Below the pieces are notes generated by a model. It was not told where the DNA came from. It searched no databases and was given only the letters and a program-made list of their open reading frames with translations. A DNA stretch of 64,000 nt from Macrostomum lignano. Its lineage: Eukaryota. Below are positions 1-10,002 of the stretch, in pieces. The DNA is taken from assembly GCA_002269645.1 (NCBI GenBank), contig NIVC01000105.1:907992-971991 (forward strand), given 5' to 3'. Positions within the stretch are counted from its first letter, which is position 1; every line of letters starts with the position of its first letter. The translations under genes were made by a program, and so were the position numbers.

Positions 1-266
1 CGCATCAAATCTTGTCAGACGTCACAAAACTGACTGCTGCAGTATCTCAGTCCGCACGCATCAAATCTTGTCAGACGTCACAAAACTGACTGCTGCAGTA
101 TCTCAGTCCGCACGCATCAAATCTTGTCAGACGTCACAAAACTGACTGCTGCAGTATCTCAGTCCGCACGCATCAAATCTTGTCAGACGTCACAAAACTG
201 ACTGCTGCAGTATCTCAGTCCGCACGCATCAAATCTTGTCAGACGTCCCGACACTGACTGCTGCAG
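1..266. repeat. 56-bp tandem repeat (about 4.7 copies, truncated by window edge)
   Basis: Unit cgcatcaaatcttgtcagacgtcacaaaactgactgctgcagtatctcagtccgca starts at 1, 57, 113, 169 and 225. Confidence 0.95.
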
Positions 267-1068
267 CAGTGCTTCGAATTCTAAGCCAGAACGTCTTAAT
301 CGGTGATGTATGCATCTCAAAACCTACAATCAGAACTCTCGATCAAAGGTACTTATCGATGCAATTGACCTCCTTGAACCGCGTTGCCGACATCCATTTT
401 TGAGCCTCTTTATTACCCTTCAATGTACGCTCCTCGTCGACTTTAGATGAAAGCCAAAGTCAACGTCAACAATACCATGTAATTACCCGTGCATGCACGA
501 TTTTGTATGGCCAGCTGCCCGATCAGTCAGGTAGCTAAGGCGAACCTACAGGGTTGTAATTTGTCTCGAAGCTTTAACAGAGTTCAGCTGGACTGTGCAG
601 CCCTGGATTTTCGGGTTTTAATTGTTGTCTTTTCTTTTAGGAGTCAATTTATGCTCTGTTAACATAGAACTTCAGAAGCTATACATGTACGTATCGAGCT
701 GTATCTTTTGGGGCCAGCTCATATGTTGCGTCATTTTCTATTAATGTTGCCACTTTTCGGAATGGCGCAAATTTAATCTGAGAGAGGGGACGCCATCGTA
801 TCAATCTGAGGGGGTAATTAATTTCAGCTTCAACATCTGATTAGGCTGTCATATAAAATTGCATAAATTTAAGGTAAAGCTACATGTATGCAGAGATCGA
901 CAGTCAGTTACAAGTTAAGTAGTATTTTGGTTGGATCTGGTTACTGTTAGAAAAAATATTTCCATGTACATGTATGAAAATGCTTTTTGTCGTTATGGTC
1001 TCCGAGAATTCAACTTAAACTCAACCATACGGCGTTAAGGCAGAGCTAGGTTGGATAATTGAGAGCAG

Positions 1069-1453
1069 CAGGGGCGTCGCCACCCGGGGGAGACAGAGAG
1101 GGGGACATGTCCCCGGTAAGTTACATGGGGGACATGCCAATGCTTTGTCCACCCCACCAATTAATGACAACAATGGAAATGCAGTAATTTTGCTTCAGAG
1201 CGCCAAAATATAGCGCCTTTGGAACCTAAATGAGTGCCTGCGGCGCCAAAATAAGTGTCCGCAGCGCCAAAGATATCTGCGGCACCAAATTATTAAATTA
1301 GCGCACGCGGTGCCAAAATGAATGCTAGCAACATGCACTAGCTGATTCTCAAATGTACATGTACATGTAGGAATTTAGTCATGTGCATATATATGTATAT
1401 AGAATCCTTGGCTTGTCCCCCACCATCAAATTCATGGCGACGCGACGCCCCTC
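1069..1453. mobile_element. Old MITE-like non-autonomous DNA element
   Basis: Termini caggggcgtcgcca ... tggcgacg(cgacg)cccct are inverted. Flanks gagagcag and gagggcgg match at 6/8 (possible decayed 8-bp TSD). Internal gcgccaaaat repeats. A related copy lies at 53139-53266. Confidence 0.5.
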
Positions 1454-2555
1454 GAGGGCGGTAATTGCGCTGTAAAACCATGCAACAATCGTACATGTAC
1501 ATGTAACTCCAAGGCCACCGCGGCGTCACCCACTAATTACAGCGTCGTCACTGCCAATGAGAAGGCGCTCAGTCCTGATGCCGGCCATGGCGGTCGCCGG
1601 TCGGTGCGCAGCACAATACTCCACGACAGTAAACTAGTCCGGGGGATCGAGTTCGAGAGGGCTAGGGTCGCCATGAAATACAAAATCACAATTCGGAAAA
1701 GCCCTTTCCATCATAAGCTCGAAATATTATAAACCAGAAATATCATATTGCCGAAAGTTCTAGCAATAAGTGTTGCTATTTTAGTTTTCGGTGTTATGAT
1801 ATTTTTTAGGTTCGTAATATGTCGGTCTATCGGCCTCAATGGTGGCCGTTGCTAGCATTGGTAAAGATTTACACATCAACACGATCATCGTAATCGAAAT
1901 TGGAATCAATACCGTGGTGAAAATTTCAAAGTGCAAAAAACAAAAGTTCTCATGATTCTTGGAAAGTTTAACTCTAGCAGCTTTAGCTTAGGGCCTATTC
2001 AGCGACACAGAAAATACAAAGGGAAAGGGTACAAGGTTAAAAAATACTGTTTTCTGATGACTGCTATCGTGAATTTAATGCCATAATGTCATTGTCATTA
2101 TATTTATAATCTGATAAAAGATAGGGTCAGAAATTTTTTTCCTGTTTATTGTAATTGTAATTGCAGATTTACAGTTGCAGACTGCTTGTCTAAAGCCTAC
2201 TACTACTCTAGTCCTAATCTTATGCTGTGTTTTTTTAAATAATTCCTTTTTTGATGTAAATTTATCTGAAGCATTCACAATGCATATTATTCTGACCAGC
2301 AGGCCACTGAGCCTAAAGCCAGGCCAGCTGGCCAGGGTCTTACTCTTAGACCAAACTCTAATATTATAGTGGTAACTATGGTATGTATGACTGATGTCAG
2401 TGTAAATATGGCTTCCAAATTTAATCCCCAATTAACATTGTAACAAAACCATTACAAGTTACCACCATAAAACATTATCATTAGGCCAAATTTTGTCAAG
2501 AGCAAAAGTTGTTAAAATATCATCAGGCATTAGTTTTGCTATTTGCCCTTAGTTT

Positions 2556-3325
2556 TGTGACAGGCCTTTTGGCTCTGTCTTTCTAAACTTCTAACTATTA
2601 GTGTTTATTAAATATCCTACGAGCTGCCACCAAAGTTGTTACAGGCCTTTCACCTCTTACTTTATCAATTTTAATCCCACCGATTTGCCAACTACAGTTA
2701 TCCTGATTATACTTGCTTTTACTCCCTAACTATTTCTTAGAATTTCATTTAAATATTTCTGGGTAGCGTTCTTAGTAGCGTTTCTGGTAGCGTTCTTAGT
2801 AGCGTTTCTGGTAGCTTATGGCTTGCTTTCTGGTAGCGTTCTAGTAGCTTATATGGCCTGAGCGGTCTAGTACTGGTATATGTATTAGTGTATAGTCCTA
2901 ATCGGGCGTTCACCGAGACTAGAGGGTCACGGCGCCTCTCTTGGTATATCTCCAAGAATTAGTCCCAATTCCCTTCTCTTAGCAAATTTCTTAGAATCGT
3001 TTCACAGGTTTTGCAAATAAATAAGTCGCTATTTAGCTCAAAGACTTTGAAATGGTTTAGATTGAACTGCTTATTCTGTTCGCAATTATTTGCTCACGAG
3101 TAAAAGACAGTTAGAGTATATTTGTCGCAAAACCGCTCCTATATATAGTGATTTTCCCCACATACGATTAAAACAAAAAAATAATTCTCCAATTTATTTC
3201 GCGCATTAAAACAAACTATTATTTGGCGTTCGCGTAGATTCAGTTTCTAAGAAAGATTCGAATATACAGTTATTACATTGAAAGAACATTCGAGTATACT
3301 ATGATAAAGGCATAGCACTAGTACA
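2556..3325 (-). repeat. 3' LTR (770 bp)
   Basis: By eye, identical to the other LTR except for one extra A in an A-run. TATA-like TATATATA at 3140-3147 and minus-strand AATAAA at 2604-2609. Confidence 0.95.
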
Positions 3326-3327
3326 AC

Positions 3328-3338
3328 TTTCCTCCTCT
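3328..3338 (-). other. Polypurine tract (PPT)
   Basis: The minus strand reads AGAGGAGGAAA-GT immediately before the TGTAC start of the 3' LTR. Confidence 0.8.
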
Positions 3339-3611
3339 ATATATCAAATTTTGAACGAAATATTATATTATATGTATACAGTGAAAAATTGATATCGTAG
3401 GAAAATGCAGGTGAAAAGGTGCAAAGCAAGGTGCAGAAAACACAATTCAGTGCTAAAACAATTGGTGCATAAAATGGTTGTGATAGAACTATTATGTAGG
3501 TAAACCATTAAAGTGAGAACTATTATGGAAGCAAAACGAACTATTATAAAAGTATTATAAAATGCAAAATTGTTATTAAAGGCAACGCAAAAGTTAGTTC
3601 ACCTCAATAGT

Positions 3612-4487
3612 TCAGATAAACATGCAGGGCTCCGGGAGGTCGCGATAGTAGGGCCAGCCGACTTGAGCGAAAAACCATCGGTACTCTTCGTCGAGGACCG
3701 TCAGCGCTGGCGGCGGGTTGGCTCTTATAGCTCGCTGTAGGCGATAGGCGACGTCCTGGAGAACAGCGACAGCTTCCTGGTAACTGAATTGATCCCTCAG
3801 AAACTTCAGGTGTGTCCAAATTTGCGAGCATTGGGGGTAGCGCTGTCGGCTGTCGGATCGGTGGTACGCTACTTTCAGTGCATATTGCTCAATGTGGAAG
3901 CGTAGCTTTTCCACCTCTGCTCCGCGAGTCTCCACAAGTTCTCGGACGATGCGATGAAAATCTCTCTGCGAATTCGATTGCTGCTGGCTCGGCTGTAGTG
4001 CTGATGGCTGGCTAGACTGCTGCGCTGATTGCAGGCTCGGCTGCAGCGCTGACTGCTGCGCTGATTGCAGGCTCGGCTGCGACGCTGGCTGCTGAGCTGG
4101 CGGTGTCGCAGCTGTCGATTTCTTCTGCCGTGGTGCCGGGGTCTTTCTCGATGATGGGGCAGCTGGCGGTGACACCAACTGCTGCGTTCGGCTTGATGTC
4201 GACGATCCTGGCGTGGCCTTGACAACATAGGAGCGCACGGGCGCAGCTGCCTGTGCTGCCACCAGGGCGGCGCGCTTCTGCTCGGGGCCTTCGACCCTCA
4301 TTTGGCGGCAAGGCGATGAAGCTGGCGATGATGTTCTTGGCCGTTTGCTGGATACACCAGGCGCCTTTGGACGTGTTGCACATCGAAGCGGTGCCTCATT
4401 TTCATCGGTGTTGGGCGCTGGCTGGGGCTCCATATCGTCTGACAGATTGCCAATTAACTCGTCCAAGATATCAATAGAGTTGTTCAT
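3612..4487 (-). CDS. 291-aa accessory protein of the LTR element, unknown function
   Basis: Intact ATG (AAAATG context) to stop. Acidic amphipathic N-terminus (IDILDELIGNL), a KRPR NLS-like motif, an S/P/Q/A-rich linker and a roughly 115-aa predicted helical C-terminal domain. TATAAATA lies about 85 nt upstream. Visibly more GC-rich than the rest of the element. Confidence 0.75.
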   Translation of the reverse strand: MNNSIDILDELIGNLSDDMEPQPAPNTDENEAPLRCATRPKAPGVSSKRPRTSSPASSPCRQMRVEGPEQKRAALVAAQAAAPVRSYVVKATPGSSTSSRTQQLVSPPAAPSSRKTPAPRQKKSTAATPPAQQPASQPSLQSAQQSALQPSLQSAQQSSQPSALQPSQQQSNSQRDFHRIVRELVETRGAEVEKLRFHIEQYALKVAYHRSDSRQRYPQCSQIWTHLKFLRDQFSYQEAVAVLQDVAYRLQRAIRANPPPALTVLDEEYRWFFAQVGWPYYRDLPEPCMFI

Positions 4488-4570
4488 TTTGATTTCTCTG
4501 CGAATGGCTCTTAGAATAGAAAGGAAGCTAGCAGTGAGCTATGGGATCTGTGGGGCCTGCGGGGTGCTCG

Positions 4571-4578
4571 TATTTATA
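4571..4578 (-). promoter_or_regulatory. Candidate internal TATA box for the accessory ORF
   Basis: Minus strand reads cccgccagccTATAAATAcgag in a GC-rich patch upstream of the ATG at 4487. Confidence 0.5.
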
Positions 4579-4887
4579 GGCTGGCGGGCCGAAAAACTGG
4601 ACCTCTTCGAAGCACTCCCCTCGCGCGTGGGGCGGGGCATGTCAGATTTGACAGATTTGGCAACTAAATTTTTATGGATTTTCTATTTCTTTTTATAACT
4701 TTTTTATTTTTTGATAGATTTTCTTGAGTAAAGTATCAAATTAAAGATCGCATTTTGTAGATTAATATGGTATTTACAGATTCGCTCTATGTACAGCATG
4801 TCAAATTTTATAAGCAGATAAGTAATTCTAATACGGAATTTTAACTATTTAACACTGTTTCTTATGGGAAATTGCTTACGTCATGAT

Positions 4888-5367
4888 TTAAGGTGCTAAA
4901 TATTTCGCGTAGCGCCTTCGGGGCACAAATCCTGTCGCGCCTTCTCTTTCTCTCCTTCGCTGAGTCATCCTAAAGTTATACCTATTCTCTGGCTGAACTC
5001 GTTCCTCCTCTAACTCAAATGCTCCTTCTTCTTCTTCTGATGGCTCATCTGAGTCAGTCGCTCTCTCTGTATTCTCACTGTTCAATTCTTCATTTCCTTC
5101 GTTTTCACTCTGCGAATTCGGATCTGCGAATACTCTCCATTGAATTCTGTCTTCTTCGTCTGAGCTTTCCTCCTCTAAAATTTGAACTTCTGGAATTCTA
5201 ATTTCTTTTTGTCTATGGCAAATTCTTTTATTCGACTTCGGCGGTTCTTTCTTCTTAGTTGACACTGGTGCTGGTTTTAAATTATTATTAATTTCCTCTG
5301 GTAAATTAATTTCGGATTTCGGCACTGGAGTCAGATTATTACTGTTTTTCTTCGAACAATTTTGCAA
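4888..5367 (-). pseudogene. Acidic ORF, possibly a remnant of the pol/integrase C-terminal tail
   Basis: E/D-rich reading frame ending in a PENRYNFRMTQRRRE-type basic motif reminiscent of Gypsy pol tails. No ATG start and no catalytic motifs. Confidence 0.35.
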
Positions 5368-6154
5368 ATTCTCACAGCTTCTCTTCGAAATCTCATCTTC
5401 ATTTCATCTCATCTCAACTCAACAACTTCTCGACTCAATATCTCGACTCGACCCTGACCTCTCGAAAGCTTCTCTGCTGAACTCATGCCAGCTACAGCTC
5501 TACTGTCACGGGTCCTACAACTCTTAACAAATTCTCAAATCTCGAATCCCCTTCCGCTATCTCAGTTTGGCCTCGTCAGTAGAATCATAGAAATTCTGTA
5601 TTAATCTGCTCTTTAGGCCTTACTGCCCTTCCTTTCCTGCATGGCCTGACTCTCTGAACCTTTTTTGGCTCTTCTGAAAGCGTCATCGGCCTCTTCTTTC
5701 TGCCTTTGGCCAATCCGCAATTGGTCAGCATGCGTAGCTGTCCGCGCGTCATGCCAATCTCTGCAATCCAATCTTTTCGACAATTCTCTTCGCACAATTC
5801 TGCACAATTCTCTCAGCATCAACTTCTCGTCAACTTCTCTGAGTAAAATAATCTTCCTTCAATGTTTTCAGTCCGAAATTGCAGTTCCCTGGCTTTCCTA
5901 AATAAGTTTCTTAGTAAAACGGCCCTTTTAAGGTCAAACGGCCCTTTTAAGGGTTACCTCCTAAATTTTTAGCTATTTAACGAACTTTAGACGGCTTACT
6001 TGGTCAGTACATTGCAGTATGCAGACGAAATACTTCTTAAACAAATATTTTTTTGGGTTTTCTGAATTTTTTTATTCGTTTTTATATTTTTTTTGCATAT
6101 TTGAAACATATTTACAAATAGCTTTCAGATTCGCGCTCCTGTGTACGAGTCTTC

Positions 6155-6733
6155 TTAGGGTGGCTTCTGCTGGGCGTGCCGGTTGAAGTTGATTCGGCAC
6201 TGGTGTCCTGCCTGAGGCCTAATGGGTCCTGGCTGGTTGCAGAAGAAGCAGTGACCAGGTTTCGGCTCTGGCCTGATTCCACTGAATCTGTTCAGGCGGC
6301 GAGGTCTTGGTTCTGACTGATGCTGCTGCCCTGTCTTTGGCTCTAGGCTTATGTTCGTTAGCACAATTGACAGAGTCATTAGACACTCTACTAATGCGTC
6401 AATCCCTTCTTTCTTGTTCTGCTGCTTCGGCTCAAATTCTTCGATGATCCTTCGCCTAATCTCCTGGTACTGACTCTGCTCTTTTCTGTGACTGATTCGG
6501 CGTTTCAGTCCCTCTGGGATGTTTAGATTAGCAAAGAGAGCTTCCTTCTGTTTCTCGACTGTAATCCCTTGGATTCTGCACTGTTGCTCAAACGTGTTCA
6601 TCCACTGCCTAATGTTCTGACCAGGCGTGAACTTTTCTACTTGCACTTCAGCTTCTTTCGATCCTAACTTGAGATGTTTCCGCAGTTCCTCTGCCAGCAT
6701 GGCGATGGCATCATTAGCCTGATTCTGATTCAT
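6155..6733 (-). CDS. Short Gag-like protein (192 aa)
   Basis: First ORF after the PBS. KFTPGQNIRQWMNTFEQQC resembles the Ty3/Gypsy capsid N-terminal motif. Degenerate zinc knuckle CFFCNQPGPIRPQAGHQC. Confidence 0.75.
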   Translation of the reverse strand: MNQNQANDAIAMLAEELRKHLKLGSKEAEVQVEKFTPGQNIRQWMNTFEQQCRIQGITVEKQKEALFANLNIPEGLKRRISHRKEQSQYQEIRRRIIEEFEPKQQNKKEGIDALVECLMTLSIVLTNISLEPKTGQQHQSEPRPRRLNRFSGIRPEPKPGHCFFCNQPGPIRPQAGHQCRINFNRHAQQKPP

Positions 6734-6813
6734 CTTCTCTTTACGAAAAACTTTTCAAATTATTCTTCGGAATTCTTCTGAATCTAGCTTTTAAGAGTTC
6801 GCGCCGTTTCTCT

Positions 6814-6832
6814 AATCCCACCGCTGCCACCA
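6814..6832 (-). other. Primer-binding site complementary to the tRNA-Leu 3' end
   Basis: Plus strand AATCCCACCGCTGCCACCA equals the 3' end (including CCA) of metazoan tRNA-Leu(AAG/TAG). It lies 2 nt from the LTR end. Confidence 0.9.
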
Positions 6833-6834
6833 GC

Positions 6835-8717
6835 TGTGACAGGCCTTTTGGCTCTGTCTTTCTAAACTTCTAACTATTAGTGTTTATTAAATATCCTACG
6901 AGCTGCCACCAAAGTTGTTACAGGCCTTTCACCTCTTACTTTATCAATTTTAATCCCACCGATTTGCCAACTACAGTTATCCTGATTATACTTGCTTTTA
7001 CTCCCTAACTATTTCTTAGAATTTCATTTAAATATTTCTGGGTAGCGTTCTTAGTAGCGTTTCTGGTAGCGTTCTTAGTAGCGTTTCTGGTAGCTTATGG
7101 CTTGCTTTCTGGTAGCGTTCTAGTAGCTTATATGGCCTGAGCGGTCTAGTACTGGTATATGTATTAGTGTATAGTCCTAATCGGGCGTTCACCGAGACTA
7201 GAGGGTCACGGCGCCTCTCTTGGTATATCTCCAAGAATTAGTCCCAATTCCCTTCTCTTAGCAAATTTCTTAGAATCGTTTCACAGGTTTTGCAAATAAA
7301 TAAGTCGCTATTTAGCTCAAAGACTTTGAAATGGTTTAGATTGAACTGCTTATTCTGTTCGCAATTATTTGCTCACGAGTAAAAGACAGTTAGAGTATAT
7401 TTGTCGCAAAACCGCTCCTATATATAGTGATTTTCCCCACATACGATTAAAAACAAAAAAATAATTCTCCAATTTATTTCGCGCATTAAAACAAACTATT
7501 ATTTGGCGTTCGCGTAGATTCAGTTTCTAAGAAAGATTCGAATATACAGTTATTACATTGAAAGAACATTCGAGTATACTATGATAAAGGCCAGTGTTGG
7601 GCAAGTTACTTAAAAAAAGTAACTTGCGTTACTGTAACTTAAGTTACCAATTTTTAAAAAGTAACTTACGTTAGCCTAGTAACTTTAGACAAAAACCTGG
7701 TAACTTTTAAGTTACTGTCCGTTACTCACTTCCGTTACCCATGTTATTAACAAAATTTTCTGCTTTTTTCACATTGCACATTTTTTCACATTGTTGTTAC
7801 CGAAATTTGCCATTGGGCATTGGGATTAACCGATTAACAAACAGAGACAGGAATTGGCGACACGATGTGAGGCAAATAGAAGGACCAATGGGCAATGGCA
7901 ATCAATAATTAAAATTATAAATGATAAAATAAACGAATATCAATAATTCAATAGAGTAAAATAAATAGAACTGTATAAAATGGTGTAGTGTACTGCAGTG
8001 CCAGTGGAGGGACTTGTGGAGGCTACAGATGAATTTCTTTCTTTGGTTGTTTGTTTGAATCAAACTTGAAAATTTTTAGTAACGAAAATGGGCCTTTTCA
8101 TATAGCTAGTTCTGGTTCCAGAATCAGAACCAATTTGTGAAGTATAACTTTTTGTCTCCATAACTAGAGGGAGATACGTGCTATAAAGTTTTTATTATTG
8201 AATGAAAATCGCTAAGAAGAAAGTGAAAAATTGTGCTATGTGAGGTTGTTAAGGCAGTCAAACATTCAACAGAATTAAATAGTTATACTGCTGTTTTTCT
8301 TGGAAGATCCGAACCGATTCTGATTCTGGAATTGGTAATATGAAAAGCCTCAATGAAAGGCGAAAATATTTTACCAATATTAACAAAGTAATACTTGTTT
8401 CAAGTATTTCTTCATTAATTAAACGCAATACCATATGATACTATTCACTTAATTTTGAATTTATGAATGAAAAATGCAAAAACATGTGACAACCGGCGTA
8501 CTAGCTAAGCATTTCAGTTTTTAATTTAAATATTGCGATTGTTGCAAAGTAACTGTAACGGACTTCCGAAATTTGAGTAACTTACCGTTACTCCGTTACT
8601 AAAATAAAAAAGTAACTTGCGTAAGGAACGCTTTACGAAAAAGTAACTTGCGTTACCATTTGCAAGTTACTCGGTAACGGAAGTGCCCAACACTGATAAA
8701 GGCATAGCACTAGTACA
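6835..8717 (-). repeat. 5' LTR, interrupted by a DNA transposon
   Basis: Matches 2556-3325 up to 7591, resumes at 8704 and ends in ...gtaca at 8717. Confidence 0.93.
7592..8695. mobile_element. Non-autonomous hAT-type DNA transposon (1104 bp)
   Basis: 12-bp perfect TIR CAGTGTTGGGCA / TGCCCAACACTG. 8-bp TSD ATAAAGGC at 7584-7591 and 8696-8703. Clusters of GTAAC/GTTAC subterminal motifs at both ends; no transposase ORF. Confidence 0.92.
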
Positions 8718-10002
8718 GTTTATCATATTCATTATTCTATAATTTATACTAGGCCTAGCTAGCTAGGTAGTTTGGCTAGGTTGGCTACAGAGTAAAGCAG
8801 TTATGATGATATAATAGCTAGGCCAACTTTGACCAATTGTTTAAAGTTTACTAGAACTAGAATAAAGAGATTTCTTTCTAGGCCTTTTAAGAAAATTTAT
8901 CTAATCCAAAATGCTAATTGATAGGCCCTAGCCATAGTTTAGAAGGCAATATATTTGCTAGTATTTCCTAGCATATAACAAGGATCTTACCATTTTTAGC
9001 ATACATCAATGTATAATGTATAATATCCTAGCGTACATGACACAATAGAATAGATACTGAGATACATTGTGTCAAATAATAATTTTTTGTATATGGTGTA
9101 CAAGCATACAAACAAGGTCTCATCATTTTTTCTGGTATTGAACCTAGCATATACTAATATACAATCTAAACTATGGGCTAATAACTAATGACAATATGGT
9201 ATAATTCTTAAAAATTAACAATATTTACATTTATTATTTTGCTTTTCTAAGCCATTCAGCAACTCCAATATATTGCGAAACATTATTAGGCTTCAAGGTA
9301 TCTTCAGTGCTTTTTGCTCTTTTCTGGATCTTATTTCATTACAAGTTTCCAAATAATTTTTTTATGTTTTTATTATTTATATGGCCTTCCTCTTATTTTT
9401 TAGGTAGTTGTCTTCCATTTTCTTATCAATCTCCTTCTCTATGATCATCTTATGCCTATGTCAGTGTATATTATTGTTCTTGATGTTTGCAATTGGCTCC
9501 AAGAAAAGAGACTCCAAAAGTTGTGTTCAATAATTATATACTTGTAAATTAATATTCAATAGCATAGCCAAGCAATATAATATTGTATTTAATAACGTTT
9601 GCTATTAGTATTGGTGAAATAGAGCATTAGATAATTTTGTATTTTAGGTTGTTTAAATTTGAGCACTTTAATGTTTAAGATATAGAAAATTGACATTTAT
9701 GTCTAAAATGACTATTGCTAACAATGTGAAATTGATTTAAAAAAGTATTTTATTAGAACTCATTTCCTTTCTAACTTTAATTCAGTAATAAATTTATAAT
9801 ATAAAAATTTGCTTATTATTTGTATCCTAATTTTATTTGGTTGTTTGTACAAATATTATTTGGGTAAGCTTATATAATTCTTAGTAATCTATTGTTAGAG
9901 AATCTTGATTTGTATGAGAATTATTCATTAATTGCATTTCAGCTTTGAAACTGCGTATATAAGAGGTTGTCAAGATTTCTTATCTAATTTCTTGTCTTTT
10001 AG

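Larger units (their letters stand above)
2556..8717 (-). mobile_element. Non-autonomous LTR retrotransposon (Ty3/Gypsy-like Gag, no pol), full length with both LTRs
   Basis: Direct repeats 2556-3325 and 6835-8717 (the latter interrupted) have TG...CA termini. 4-bp TSD GTTT at 2552-2555 and 8718-8721. PBS at 6814-6832 and PPT at 3328-3338. All internal ORFs are on the minus strand, with no protease, RT, RNase H or integrase motifs. Confidence 0.92.

Noticed and set aside
2749-2955. 68-aa ORF, repeated at 7028-7234
   Set aside because: It lies inside the LTRs and its repeated LLRTLPET comes from a 24-bp duplication. It is useful only as proof of LTR identity.
3612-4487. Env gene of an errantivirus-like element
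   Set aside because: No signal peptide, furin/fusion peptide or TM anchor.
6814-6832. tRNA-Leu gene
   Set aside because: Only the 3' 19 nt including CCA are present, adjacent to an LTR, so it is a PBS.
8720-9930. Possible old LINE remnant in AT-rich DNA
   Set aside because: Only short stop-riddled frames and no diagnostic motif I could defend.
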